64,000 bases of DNA from Eledone cirrhosa (taxonomy: Eukaryota): NCBI GenBank assembly GCA_964016885.1, contig OZ024758.1:24676001-24740000 (forward strand), read 5' to 3'. The notes under the pieces are model-generated. The model was not told the DNA's origin. It saw only the letters and a list, made by a program, of their open reading frames with translations, and did no database searches. Positions within the stretch are counted from its first letter, which is position 1. Every line of letters starts with the position of its first letter. A program made the position numbers and the translations under genes. Shown here piece by piece: positions 12,818-26,059 of the stretch.

Positions 12818-13420
12818 GACAGGTTTTGACTGGGTGCTTTTTATATTGTGGCACCAACACAACCACCTGACAGTGTGGACTGGCTGCTTTTTATATTGTG
12901 GCACCAACACAACCACCTGACAGTGTGGACTGGCTGCTTTTTATATTGTGGCACCAACACAACCACCTGACAGTGTGGACTGGTTGCTTTTTATATTGTG
13001 GCACCAACACAACCACCTGACAGTGTGGACTGGTTGCTTTTTATATTGTGGCACCAACACAACCACCTGACAGTGTGGACTGGCTGCTTTTTATATTGTG
13101 GCACCAACACAACCACCTGACAGTGTGGACTGGCTGCTTTTTATATTGTGGCACCAACACAACCACCTGACAGTGTGGACTGGTTGCTTTTTATATTGTG
13201 GCACCAACACAACCACCTGACAGTGTGGACTGGCTGCTTTTTATATTGTGGCACCAACACAACCACCTGACAGTGTGGACTGGTTGCTTTTTATATTGTG
13301 GCACCAACACAACCACCTGACAGTGTGGACTGGTTGCTTTTTATATTGTGGCACCAACACAACCACCTGACAGTGTGGACTGGCTGTTTTTTATATCATG
13401 TCACCAACACAACCACCTAC
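12818..13420. repeat. 50-bp minisatellite, about 12 copies, SINE-derived
   Basis: Unit gtggcaccaacacaaccacctgacagtgtggactggctgctttttatatt resembles the SINE segment acagtgagtgctgggtgcttttttgccgtggcacc. Confidence 0.9.
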
Positions 13421-13475
13421 TTTAATGATGTGTTATTTCATGTAATTATAAGTATATAAATTAAAATATACTCAC

Positions 13476-13594
13476 CACCCTTTCATATAACCTGTCCGAC
13501 ACAATACCTGCTTTCCTAGATCCTTCTTCCAAATATTTCTAGAAAACTGTGATGGGGAGAATTCCTTTTGAAGCAAACTAGGATTATCTAAAGC
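13476..13594 (-). CDS. PPM1H: PPM1H-like exon 7 (flap region)
   Basis: 119 nt, AG/GT. Encodes ALDNPSLLQKEFSPSQFSRNIWKKDLGKQVLCRTGYMKG(W). Confidence 0.92.
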
Positions 13595-13623
13595 CTGCAA
13601 AATAAATATGTACAGAGATGAAG

Positions 13624-14122
13624 TCACCAATTTACTAAATTATATAAATGTTAGATGTCTCACCAATTTACTAAATTATATAAATGTTAGATGTCTCACC
13701 AATTTACTAAATTATATAAATGTTGTTAGATGTCTCACCAATTTACTAAATTATATAAATGTTGTTAGATGTCTCACCAATTTACTAAATTATATAAATG
13801 TTGTTAGATGTCTCACCAATTTACTAAATTATATAAATGTTGTTAGATGTCTCACCAATTTACTAAATTATATAAATGTTGTTAGATGTCTCACCAATTT
13901 ACTAAATTATATAAATGTTGTTAGATGTCTCACCAATTATATAAATGTTGTTAGATGTCTCACCAATTTACTAAATGTTGTTAGATGTCTCACCAATTTA
14001 CTAAATGTTGTTAGATGTCTCACCAATTTACTAAATGTTGTTAGATGTCTCACCAATTTACTAAATGTTGTTAGATGTCTCACCAATTATATAAATGTTG
14101 TTAGATGTCTGTCCAATTTACT
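13624..14122. repeat. Minisatellite with 30, 36 and 39-bp variant units
   Basis: Unit gttagatgtctcaccaatttactaaattatataaatgtt, with internal deletions. Confidence 0.93.
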
Positions 14123-14503
14123 TAAAGGCCACCCAACAGTTTCTATTCTGAGTCACTGTTTCCCAAAACAGGCTACCTTCAATAAGTTAGGGCAGAACAC
14201 TTTCTGTAATCTGCTGGATTTAGTAATAAATACTAATTATACATATATAGCCTTCACATATCTACATATTATATTATACATATTTGACCCCTTCACATAT
14301 CTACATATAATATACACATTTAGTCCCTTCACATACCTACGTACTTCAATCACACACATGATTAAATATGTTTGCTTTCCCAGCAACCAAGATATATATG
14401 TAAAAATCTAATTAGGAACATAAGAAAATAATTCTAGCAACACATCAAAGAACAAGAAACATGAAACAAACCAAAAGAAAAAGGTACAAGTATAGTTCCT
14501 TAC

Positions 14504-14588
14504 AAACTGTTGAATCCTTTGTCTCTCAGTATCTGGAGAAAACTCCTGTGACATACACAATATGTCGTTCTTTCTAATTATGACAGCC
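14504..14588 (-). CDS. PPM1H: PPM1H-like exon 6
   Basis: 85 nt, AG/GT. Encodes (R)AVIIRKNDILCMSQEFSPDTERQRIQQF. Confidence 0.93.
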
Positions 14589-14678
14589 CTTTTAACAAAA
14601 CATCAAGAAGGATAAAAGTTGTAATTAGCAGAATAAAAGGTATTAATATGTTGTTAAAATAGAATGACAGGAAATACA

Positions 14679-14892
14679 TTAACCCTTTAGCATTTAAACC
14701 GGCCGTATCCGGCCAGAATTCTCTCACCTTGTTCAAACTGGCTGCTCATACTTATGTTAAGGTATTGTTCTCAAAATAAATAATATCAAAATCTCATAGA
14801 TTCGATATTATCTGAGATAATTACATGAGGTAAAGCCTTTACTGTGAAAATACAATCATAAATATAGAGTAATGTAAATGCTAAAAGGTTAA
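14679..14892 (+). mobile_element. piggyBac-type MITE, about 210 bp
   Basis: TTAA TSD and CCCTTTAGCATTTA TIR. Other copies at about 11074, 23409, 25380, 41309, 42330, 45315 and 56578. Confidence 0.85.
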
Positions 14893-15089
14893 AAGGTAAA
14901 TATAGAGTTAAACAGAGACCACTTCAGTGGCCCACCTGTAAGTAGCCATTGCTCTGAAGAGATGCAACAGTAGAGGCATCAAATTGATGAACATGGTTGT
15001 GAAAATTAGTGAAAGTTGTAGTACAGCTTGAGAGAGAGAGAGAGGGAGAGAGGAGAGAGGGAGAGAGGAGAGAGGGAGAGAGAGAGAGA

Positions 15090-18000
15090 GAGAGCTGGTG
15101 TCTAATTGATTAGAGAGAGTTGGTGTCTAATGGATTAGAGAGAGTTGGTGTCTAATGGATTAGAAAGAGTTGATGTCTAATTGATTAGAAAGAGTTGATG
15201 TCTAATGGATTAGAGAGAGTTGGTGTCTAATGGATTAGAAAGAGTTGATGTCTAATGGATTAGAAAGAGTTGATGTCTAATGGATTAGAAAGAGTTGATG
15301 TCTAATTGATTAGAAAGAGTTGATGTCTAATGGATTAGAGAGAGTTGGTGTCTAATGGATTAGAAAGAGTTGATGTCTAATTGATTAGAAAGAGTTGATG
15401 TCTAATGGATTAGAGAGAGTTGGTGTCTAATGGATTAGAAAGAGTTGATGTCTAATTGATTAGAAAGAGTTGATGTCTAATGGATTAGAGAGAGTTGGTG
15501 TCTAATGGATTAGAAAGAGTTGATGTCTAATGGATTAGAAAGAGTTGATGTCTAATTGATTAGAAAGAGTTGATGTCTAATGGATTAGAGAGAGTTGGTG
15601 TCTAATGGATTAGAAAGAGTTGATGTCTAATGGATTAGAAAGAGTTGATGTCTAATGGATTAGAAAGAGTTGATGTCTAATTGATTAGAAAGAGTTGATG
15701 TCTAATGGATTAGAGAGAGTTGGTGTCTAATGGATTAGAAAGAGTTGATGTCTAATTGATTAGAAAGAGTTGATGTCTAATGGATTAGAGAGAGTTGGTG
15801 TCTAATGGATTAGAAAGAGTTGATGTCTAATGGATTAGAAAGAGTTGATGTCTAATTGATTAGAAAGAGTTGATGTCTAATGGATTAGAGAGAGTTGGTG
15901 TCTAATGGATTAGAAAGAGTTGATGTCTAATGGATTAGAAAGAGTTGATGTCTAATGGATTAGAAAGAGTTGATGTCTAATTGATTAGAAAGAGTTGATG
16001 TCTAATGGATTAGAAAGAGTTGATGTCTAATTGATTAGAAAGAGTTGATGTCTAATTGATTAGAAAGAGTTGATGTCTAATTGATTAGAAAGAGTTGATG
16101 TCTAATTGATTAGAAAGAGTTGATGTCTAATGGATTAGAAAGAGTTGATGTCTAATGGATTAGAAAGAGTTGATGTCTAATGGATTAGAAAGAGTTGATG
16201 TCTAATGGATTAGAGAGAGTTGGTGTCTAATGGATTAGAAAGAGTTGATGTCTAATGGATTAGAAAGAGTTGATGTCTAATTGATTAGAAAGAGTTGATG
16301 TCTAATTGATTAGAAAGAGTTGATGTCTAATTGATTAGAAAGAGTTGATGTCTAATTGATTAGAAAGAGTTGATGTCTAATTGATTAGAAAGAGTTGATG
16401 TCTAATTGATTAGAAAGAGTTGGTGTCTAATGGATTAGAAAGAGTTGGTGTCTAATGGATTAGAAAGAGTTGGTGTCTAATGGATTAGAAAGAGTTGGTG
16501 TCTAATGGATTAGAAAGAGTTGATGTCTAATGGATTAGAGAGAGTTGGTGTCTAATGGATTAGAAAGAGTTGGTGTCTAATGGATTAGAAAGAGTTCGTG
16601 TCTAATTGATTAGAAAGAGTTGGTGTCTAATGGATTAGAAAGAGTTGGTGTCTAATGGATTAGAGAGAGTTGGTGTCTAATGGATTAGAAAGAGTTGGTG
16701 TCTAATGGATTAGAAAGAGTTGGTGTCTAATGGATTAGAAAGAGTTGGTGTCTAATGGATTAGAAAGAGTTGGTGTCTAATGGATTAGAAAGAGTTCGTG
16801 TCTAATTGATTAGAAAGAGTTGGTGTCTAATGGATTAGAAAGAGTTGATGTCTAATTGATTAGAAAGAGTTTGTGTCTAATTGATTAGAAAGAGTTGGTG
16901 TCTAATGGATTAGAAAGAGTTGATGTGTAATGGATTAGAGAGAGTTGGTGTCTAATGGATTAGAAAGAGTTGGTGTCTAATTGATTAGAAAGAGTTGATG
17001 TCTAATGGATTAGAAAGAGTTGATGTCTAATTGATTAGAAAGAGTTGATGTCTAATTGATTAGAAAGAGTTCGTGTCTAATTGATTAGAAAGAGTTGGTG
17101 TCTAATGGATTAGAAAGAGTTGGTGTCTAATTGATTAGAAAGAGTTGATGTCTAATTGATTAGAAAGAGTTCGTGTCTAATTGATTAGAAAGAGTTGGTG
17201 TCTAATGGATTAGAAAGAGTTGGTGTCTAATGGATTAGAAAGAGTTGATGTCTAATGGATTAGAGAGAGTTGGTGTCTAATGGATTAGAAAGAGTTGGTG
17301 TCTAATGGATTAGAAAGAGTTGGTGTCTAATGGATTAGAAAGAGTTGGTGTCTAATGGATTAGAAAGAGTTGGTGTCTAATGGATTAGAAAGAGTTGGTG
17401 TCTAATGGATTAGAAAGAGTTGGTGTCTAATGGATTAGAGAGAGTTGGTGTCTAATGGATTAGAGAGAGTTGGTGTCTAATGGATTAGAGAGAGTTGGTG
17501 TCTACTGGATTAGAGAGAGTTGGTGTCTAATGGATTAGAAAGAGTTGGTGTCTAATGGATTAGAAAGAGTTGGTGTCTAATGGATTAGAGAGAGTTGGTG
17601 TCTAATGGATTAGAAAGAGTTGGTGTCTAATGGATTAGAAAGAGTTGGTGTCTAATGGATTAGAAAGAGTTGATGTCTAATGGATTAGAAAGAGTTGGTG
17701 TCTAATGGATTAGAAAGAGTTGGTGTCTAATGGATTAGAAAGAGTTGATGTCTAATGGATTAGAAAGAGTTGGTGTCTAATGGATTAGAGAGAGTTGGTG
17801 TCTAATGGATTAGAGAGAGTTGGTGTCTAATGGATTAGAGAGAGTTGGTGTCTAATGGATTAGAGAGAGTTGGTGTCTAATGGATTAGAGAGAGTTGGTG
17901 TCTAATGGATTAGAGAGAGTTGGTGTCTAATGGATTAGAGAGAGTTGGTGTCTAATGGATTAGAGAGAGTTGGTGTCTAATGGATTAGAAAGAGTTGATG

Positions 18001-19745
18001 TCTAATTGATTAGAAAGAGTTGGTGTCTAATGGATTAGAAAGAGTTGGTGTCTAATGGATTAGAAAGAGTTGGTGTCTAATGGATTAGAAAGAGTTGGTG
18101 TCTAATGGATTAGAAAGAGTTGGTGTCTAATAGATTAGAAAGAGTTGGTGTCTAATGGATTAGAAAGAGTTGGTGTCTAATGGATTAGAGAGAGTTGGTG
18201 TCTAATGGATTAGAGAGAGTTGGTGTCTAATGGATTAGAAAGAGTTGGTGTCTAATGGATTAGAAAGAGTTGGTGTCTAATGGATTAGAAAGAGTTGGTG
18301 TCTAATAGATTAGAAAGAGTTGGTGTCTAATGGATTAGAAAGAGTTGGTGTCTAATGGATTAGAAAGAGTTGGTGTCTAATGGATTAGAAAGAGTTGGTG
18401 TCTAATGGATTAGAGAGAGTTGGTGTCTAATGGATTAGAAAGAGTTGGTGTCTAATGGATTAGAAAGAGTTGGTGTCTAATGGATTAGAAAGAGTTGGTG
18501 TCTAATGGATTAGAAAGAGTTGGTGTCTAATGGATTAGAAAGAGTTGGTGTCTAATGGATTAGAAAGAGTTGGTGTCTAATGGATTAGAAAGAGTTGGTG
18601 TCTAATGGATTAGAAAGAGTTGGTGTCTAATGGATTAGAAAGAGTTGGTGTCTAATGGATTAGAGAGAGTTGGTGTCTAATGGATTAGAGAGAGTTGGTG
18701 TCTAATGGATTAGAAAGAGTTGGTGTCTAATGGATTAGAAAGAGTTGGTGTCTAATGGATTAGAAAGAGTTGGTGTCTAATGGATTAGAAAGAGTTGGTG
18801 TCTAATGGATTAGAAAGAGTTGGTGTCTAATGGATTAGAAAGAGTTGGTGTCTAATGGATTAGAAAGAGTTGGTGTCTAATGGATTAGAGAGAGTTGGTG
18901 TCTAATGGATTAGAGAGAGTTGGTGTCTAATGGATTAGAAAGAGTTGGTGTCTAATGGATTAGAAAGAGTTGGTGTCTAATGGATTAGAAAGAGTTGGTG
19001 TCTAATGGATTAGAAAGAGTTGGTGTCTAATGGATTAGAAAGAGTTGGTGTCTAATGGATTAGAAAGAGTTGGTGTCTAATGGATTAGAGAGAGTTGGTG
19101 TCTAATGGATTAGAGAGAGTTGGTGTCTAATGGATTAGAAAGAGTTGGTGTCTAATGGATTAGAAAGAGTTGGTGTCTAATGGATTAGAAAGAGTTGGTG
19201 TCTAATGGATTAGAAAGAGTTGGTGTCTAATGGATTAGAAAGAGTTGGTGTCTAATGGATTAGAAAGAGTTGGTGTCTAATGGATTAGAAAGAGTTGGTG
19301 TCTAATGGATTAGAAAGAGTTGGTGTCTAATGGATTAGAAAGAGTTGGTGTCTAATGGATTAGAAAGAGTTGATGTCTAATGGATTAGAAAGAGTTGATG
19401 TCTAATTGATTAGAGAGAGCTGGTGTCTATTTGATTAGAAAGAGTTCGTGTCTAATTGATTAGAAAGAGTTGGTGTCTAATTGATTAGAAAGAGTTGGTG
19501 TCTAATTGATTAGAAAGAGTTGGTGTCTAATTGATTAGAAAGAGTTGGTGTCTAATTGATTAGAAAGAGTTGGTGTCTAATTGATTAGAAAGAGTTGGTG
19601 TCTAATTGATTAGAAAGAGTTGGTGTCTAATGGATTAGAAAGAGTTGGTGTCTAATGGATTAGAAAGAGTTGGTGTCTAATGGATTAGAAAGAGTTGGTG
19701 TCTAATTGATTAGAAAGAGTTGGTGTCTAATTGATTAGAGAGAGT
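15090..19745. repeat. 25-bp satellite array, about 4.65 kb (about 185 copies), in intron 5
   Basis: Unit tctaat(g/t)gattaga(a/g)agagttg(g/a)tg, preceded by a (GA)n tract. Confidence 0.98.
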
Positions 19746-19809
19746 TGGGGTACAATAGATTAAAGAGAAAATTACTGTATATACTTGAATATAAGCCGAT
19801 CCCCCTATT

Positions 19810-20020
19810 ACATGAGAAGTACTTAGCTAGAAACCATTCAACCTAGATTTTGTAAACTTGAAGGCCTTTGACAGAGTGCCATGTTCTGTAGCATGGTGGT
19901 CACTAAGAAAACCAGTGAGAGACAAATGGCTTGTAGAACTGTTCAAGCCATGTAGAGAAGTTCTACTAGCAAGGGTGAGGGTTAACAATAAGTTTAACAC
20001 AAAGGATTTAGTGTACAGGC
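19810..20020 (+). mobile_element. LINE reverse-transcriptase fragment
   Basis: LDFVNLKAFDRVPCSVAWWSLRK matches the non-LTR RT D..KAFD.V motif. Confidence 0.7.
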
Positions 20021-20041
20021 TTGGTCGCCTCATGTTTATTG

Positions 20042-20233
20042 CGAGGGTCAGTTGAAAAGTTCATAAGCTGACCAAGATACTCTCATGGAATTACCAAATG
20101 AGGTTTATTTTTCAACATAGTCCCTGGAAAGAAGCAATTAATAAGAAGAGTTGAAATTAATGCATGCAAGATTTCACAGCTCTAGCGTCACTCCTTCATA
20201 GTCAGCCTTTGAACTTTTCAGCTGACCCTTGTA
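20042..20233. mobile_element. Mariner-type MITE
   Basis: TIRs cgagggtcagttgaaaagttcataagctgac and gtcagcctttgaacttttcagctgacccttg-ta. Relatives at about 9712-9890, 24540-24745 and 48257-48490. Confidence 0.75.
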
Positions 20234-20251
20234 TAGCAATAAGAAAAGTTG

Positions 20252-20700
20252 ACAAACATACGTACACATACACACATACATACAGAAACATACGTACACA
20301 TACACACATACAGACAAACATACGTACACATACACACAAACATACGTACACATACACACAAACATACGTACACATACACACAAACATACGTACACATACA
20401 CACATACAAACATACATACACATACAGACATACACACACACACACATACAGACAAACATACGTACACATACACACATACAGACAAACATACGTACACATA
20501 CACACATACATACGTACACACACACATACAGACAAACATACGTACACATACACACATACAGACAAACATACGTACACATACACACAAACATACGTACACA
20601 CACACACACACATACAGACAAACATACGTACACATACAGACATACACACACACATACAGACAAACATACATACACACACAGACAAACATACAGACAACAT
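20252..20700. repeat. Compound (CA)/(CATA) microsatellite
   Basis: Low-complexity tract that generates the THTY and CVCM ORFs. Confidence 0.95.
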
Positions 20701-20734
20701 TTGTGTTGTAATATATGTTGTAATAAATAATTAC

Positions 20735-20847
20735 CTGCTATCTCCTGCTTGAGCAACATACAGTTTATCATCCAATAAGACAGCGGCTAAAGCTGTGCAG
20801 CCACCGGCGTGGGGACATAGATGTCTTTCTTGATATATCCAGTTATC
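20735..20847 (-). CDS. PPM1H: PPM1H-like exon 5
   Basis: 113 nt, AG/GT. Encodes DNWIYQERHLCPHAGGCTALAAVLLDDKLYVAQAGDS(R), with the GCTA and GDSR motifs. Confidence 0.95.
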
Positions 20848-21226
20848 CTAAGAAAAACACCAAAAAAAAAAAAAAAAGACAACAAAAACAGTTAATATTT
20901 TCAAACTAAATATTGGGTCATCCCAGTGCAAATAATGGTCCCTACTTTTGGCACAAGGGGCCAGCAATTACCCCAGTGCATTACTGGTACTTTATTTTAT
21001 CGACCCCCGTAAGGAAGAAAGGCGAAGTTAATCTCGGCAGGAATTGAACTAAGAAAGTAAGAGGCCATAACTCTATGCTGCAAAGCATAGCGTCTGATGC
21101 TCCAGTAATGTATTATAGTAGAGGAAAACCAAGAAAAACCTGGGCAGAGGAGGTTAGAGCTGAACTCAAAACGATGAGAGAGAGAGAGAGAGAGAGAGAG
21201 ATGTAGAGAGAGAGAGAGAGAGATGT

Positions 21227-21277
<51 letters not shown>

Positions 21278-21343
21278 GTGCTTTTAATATTCCATAAATC
21301 CTGAATAAACTCGTGAATGTATAAATCCAAGAAAAGTGCTTAC

Positions 21344-21463
21344 CATTTCAAAGAAGGAAGTCTCTAGGGCACCAATAATAAGATCATCAATTGTGATCTT
21401 ATGATACGAGGAATGAGGTTTCTTTGACAACAAGCCTAAATCAAGTAGTTTCGTTAAATGTTT
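21344..21463 (-). CDS. PPM1H: PPM1H-like exon 4
   Basis: 120 nt, AG/GT. Encodes KHLTKLLDLGLLSKKPHSSYHKITIDDLIIGALETSFFEM. Confidence 0.92.
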
Positions 21464-21674
21464 CTGGTGAAAAAATATAGAAAGTATTTCATTAACATCA
21501 GTAGCAATATCAATAATGTTTTAACATTTTATAACTTGTTAAAATTAGTGAAATGTTCTGGTTTCATTGCTTGAATGGATTCCCTTGACCAAGATACTCT
21601 CATGGAATTACCAAATGAGGTTTATTTTTCAACATAGTCCCTGGAAAGAAGCAATTAATATCACAAATATCCTT

Positions 21675-22000
21675 GTTATAGGTCTTTCAAGCAACTGTTA
21701 CCTCTGTTCTATTGTATGGCTGCTCAACATGGACCCTTACTTCAAAACTGAAAAGAAGATTAGATGGAGCCTACACTTGCATACTAAGAGTGGCTTTGAA
21801 TGTCACTTGGAGAGATCGTCTGACCAATGAGCGACTGACTATGAGAACCTTCGTCCAGTATCAGGCATCATCAAAGAGCGCAGAGTCAGATTTTCAGGGC
21901 ATTGCTGGAGAGCTAAAGAGGAAATCATAAGTGAAGTTCTTTTGTGGGAGCCTACACAAGGAAGAGCTAGCAGAGGACAACAAGCCAAGACTTATATCAA
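21675..22000 (+). mobile_element. Degenerate LINE ORF2 C-terminal fragment
   Basis: LYGCSTWTLTSKLKRRLDGAYTCILRVALNVTW and a downstream RFSGHCWR-like motif. Confidence 0.7.
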
Positions 22001-22959
22001 GAAATGTTCTGAATTAATCATATTAACCCATAATGTCCTGTACAGCACGAAACTACATTAACAAGACATTCTAGAAAAGTATAAAACAGCATTTTGAATG
22101 CATCACAAAAAAATTGAACTCATTATTCAAATATTGCAGATTTTCACAATGATCTATCTACTATAAACATTTGAATTAACAAACTGATTCATAGTGGTAT
22201 ATAGTACGTATGTATCATCATTTCATTTTTTCATCATTTCATTTTATGTCCACTTTTCCCTGCTTGCAAGGGTGGGATGGGAACTGATTCTGGCTTGATT
22301 TCTACAGCTGGATGCCCTTCCTAACACCAACCTCATTTACAGTGAGTGCTGGGTGCTTTTTTGCCGTGGCACCTCCACGACCACTTTACAGTGGAATGAT
22401 AGGGACCCCAGTCCCTATCATCTCATTTCTACAGCTGCGTAAACTGGAGCAACGTGAAATAAAGTGTCTTGCTCAAGGAAACAACACATCACCCGGTCTG
22501 AGAATTGAACTCACAACCTTTCGATTGCAAGGCCAATGCTCTAACCACTAAGCCATGTGCCTCCATATGTAGGTCGATAAAGAAAGTGCCAGTCTAGTGC
22601 TGGGGTCAATTCTCTATATCTATTTCTCCCTTCCATTCTCTTACTCTCTATCCTTCTCTGGAAGAAATCTGCTGTAGTCAGACCTGGAGAGGGATGGGCT
22701 CCACCACGCTTAAAATGCCCATGAAACACTGGATGTCAAAATGGCGCCCCTACAAGTACATCAGGACTTACGGGACCATACATACATACACAAGGATGAA
22801 AGGTAAAGTTGAGCTCTGCAGGATTTGTGCACAGAGAACCAGAATAAATACTGCAAAGCATTCTATCTGATGGTCACCACCTTTGATTTCTAGATATGTT
22901 CTGTTAAATCACGATAGGTTGTTAAGAGTTAAATTTAGAAAGATAAACAAGGTGCTTAC

Positions 22960-23055
22960 CATGAGATATATATGCAAATTTTGGGATGCCATGACAGCTG
23001 TTCCATAACCCCCATGTCCATCAAATATTCCAAAGTAGGTAAATTCTAATTTGTT
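22960..23055 (-). CDS. PPM1H: PPM1H-like exon 3
   Basis: 96 nt, AG/GT. Encodes NKLEFTYFGIFDGHGGYGTAVMASQNLHIYLM (DGHGG motif). Confidence 0.96.
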
Positions 23056-23814
23056 CTGCAATAACAAAATATTTAATTTTAGTTTCAATGTAAATACGAC
23101 ATGCGCTGACGTAGTTTATGTTGTTGTTGTTGTTGTTGTTACTGTCATTGCCATCACCATCACCACCACCATCATCATCATCAGCACCATCACTACCGTC
23201 AATATCAGCACCATCATCATCATCAGCACCATCATCATCACCATCACCACCATCAGCACCATCATCACCACTACTACCACCACCACCATCAGCTGGGCAG
23301 AAGTGGTGAGAGTGGATCCCTAAACCTCAGAGAGATGATGGGGGGGGGGGGCTGGCTGGCGGGGGGAAAGACCCATCCAATCCATTTACGCATGGAAAAA
23401 CAGACATTTAACCCTTTATAGCATTTAAACTGGCCATATTTAGCCAGAATTCTCACCTCTTTCTGTTCAAACTGGCTGTAACCAACCACTCATACTGATG
23501 TTAAGGTACTGTTCTCAAAATGAATAATATCAAAATCTCATAGATTTGATATCATGTGAGATAATATCGAAAATATAATAGTATATATATATAAAGGGTT
23601 AAGAATGATGATGGTGATGATGATATATATCAGCTAAATAAGCAAATAACATTAGATCAATAAACAAAATTTAATCTCGTTTATCCATGTGATAAATTGA
23701 ATCAAAAGCTCAAAAAGATAAATTGAATCAGAAGCTCAAAATGTCTGCTCAAAGTTGCAAGAAAAAAAAAAATCTAGTTGAAATTCTGCCATTTTATTGT
23801 GTAAACATTTTGGT

Positions 23815-24270
23815 TTTCATGCCAACACTTAACTATGGTCAAGAATCTTGGGTAATGACCAAAAGAATACGATCGCGAATACAAGCGGCTGAAATGGGAT
23901 TTCTCCGAAGGGTCTTTGGAGTAACATTACTCGATAAAGTGCATAGCTCGGAGATCAGAGAGTCACTCCAGGTAGACCCACTACTTCTCAGAATTGAGAG
24001 ATCACAGCTCCGATACTATGAGCTTGAGGTTAGAATGTCCCAGGAAAGAATCACTGGACAGATTTTATGGGTAAAACAAACTGGAGAAAACCCAGGGGTA
24101 GACCCTGAAGAAGATGGTTGTATAACATCCATGATCTTGGCTGGTCACACTTGGGGATCTAGCTGGATCAATTAGAGACGATTGCTTCTGACAGGACCCT
24201 CTGGAAGGAGTGTTTGAGGACTCCGCCTCCACGATCCTCTCAGGAATAAGTGGGCAAAGAAGAAGAAGAA
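23815..24270 (+). mobile_element. RTE-like LINE 3' fragment
   Basis: PTLNYGQESWVMTKRIRSRIQAAEMGFLRRVFGVT, ending in a (GAA)n tail. Confidence 0.85.
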
Positions 24271-24296
24271 ACATTTTAAATATATTAAATACTAAC

Positions 24297-24465
24297 CTTT
24301 GACTCTTCTGCAGCAGTGCTATTGTTCTCAGAGTTATTGGCTGCTGTTCTCTCTAATGAATTAGAAGATGAATTGGTTGGAATCATGTTAATATGTCGAG
24401 ATATGACACAACGAACAGCCACAGCCTGGTCTTCATTGTTGAGTGATTTGCCAGCATTTATAACT
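24297..24465 (-). CDS. PPM1H: PPM1H-like exon 2
   Basis: 169 nt, AG/GT. Encodes (E)VINAGKSLNNEDQAVAVRC...AEESK, the PPM1H/J/M signature. Confidence 0.95.
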
Positions 24466-26059
24466 CTGAAATATAGAAACAGCTTTATAACAGATGGGAA
24501 AAATCCTAGCAACGTTACATTTATTTTACATAAAGATAGAGAGTCTAAGAAGGTTGGCAGAAAAGTTCATAGGCTGACTAAGATAGTCTCATGGAATGAC
24601 CAAATGAGGTTTATTTTTCAACATAATCCATAGAAAGAAATAATGCAGCTATTAATAAGAAGAGTTGAAATTAATACATGCAAGATTTCACAGCTCTAGC
24701 ATCACTCCTTCATAGTCAGCCTTTGGACTTTTCAGCCTACCCTTATCATCATCATCATCATTTTACGTCCACTTTTCCCTGCTTGCAAGGGTGGGACGGG
24801 AACTGATTCTGGCTTGATTTCTACAGCTGGATGCCCTTCCTAACACCAACCTCATTTACAGTGAGTGCTGGGTGCTTTTTTGCCGTGGTACCTATCATCT
24901 CATTTCTACAGCTGAGTAAACTGGAGCAATGTGAAATAAAGTGTCTTGCTCAAGGAAACAACACGTCACCCGGTCTTGAACTCACAACCTTTCGATTGCA
25001 AGGCCAATGCTCTAACCACTAAGCCATGTGCCTCCATTATATATATATATATATATATATAATCATCATTTCATTTCATTTTACATCCACTTTTCCCTGC
25101 TTGCAAAGGTGGGACGGAAACTGATTCTGGCTTGATTTCTACAGCTGGATGCCCTTCCTAACACCAACCCCATTTACAGTGAGTGCTGGGTGCTTTTTTG
25201 CTGTGGCACCTCCACGACCACTTTACAGTGTGGGTTGGGTGCTTTTTTGCTGTGGCACCTCCACGACCACTTTACATCTGCTGATAACAAAAAAAAAAAG
25301 TTCTTTCTAAGAAAGAAAGACCAGCTGTATGATGGCTGCATGCAAAGTGTGATGTTGTATGGAAGTGAAACATTGACAGTTAACCCTTTAGCATTTAAAC
25401 TGGCCATATCCAGCCCAGCCCAGCCATTCTCTCACCTCTTTCTGTTCAAACCGGGTGTAACTGGCCACTCATCGTGATGTTAAGGTATTGTTCTCAAAAT
25501 AAATAATATCAAAATCTCATAGAATCGATACTATGTGAGATAAAGCCTTTACTGCGAAAATATAATAGTAGATATAGAGTAATGCAAATGCTGTCAACAA
25601 TTTTGTGTCTTATCATTGTTGTACTGTGTCCCTATCAAAGTTCATCTAGGTATTAGAAGAGATGAAATATACTCTATATATCTAGAAGGTGTTATGTTAT
25701 AACTGCCAAGCTCAAATCTCCACTGACAAAAGCACAATCTGGTACTTTATTCTGATTTGACGAGGTCCACCCCACTTAGAAAGCAAATGAGGTCTGGGAT
25801 CTTGTTGATCGATCAGATACAAACCATATAATAATGCTATTATTATGGCTCTATGGTTAAGAAGTTCCCTTTGCCACCAGGTGGCTCCTGATCCAATCTC
25901 ACTACACAGCACCCTATCTAATTAACTACTACTACTACTACTACTACCAACTAAAGCTTTCCTCCTTGTCATTATCTCCATTTAACAAGTTTTCCCTGCT
26001 AACAAGGGTTGGCCGGGTCGAGGAAATAGGTAGATAGAAATTGTATAGAAACCTGTTGT

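Noticed and set aside
12818-13420. Regular repeat array resembling CRISPR
   Set aside because: There are no unique spacers and no cas genes, and it lies in a eukaryotic intron.
13608-14411. 267-aa ORF on +
   Set aside because: It arises from a minisatellite with unit lengths divisible by 3 and is antisense to an intron.
20164-20771. His/Thr-rich and Cys/Val-rich ORFs (also 26096-27027, 32931-34015, 48466-49415, 58459-58875)
   Set aside because: These are dinucleotide microsatellite artefacts.
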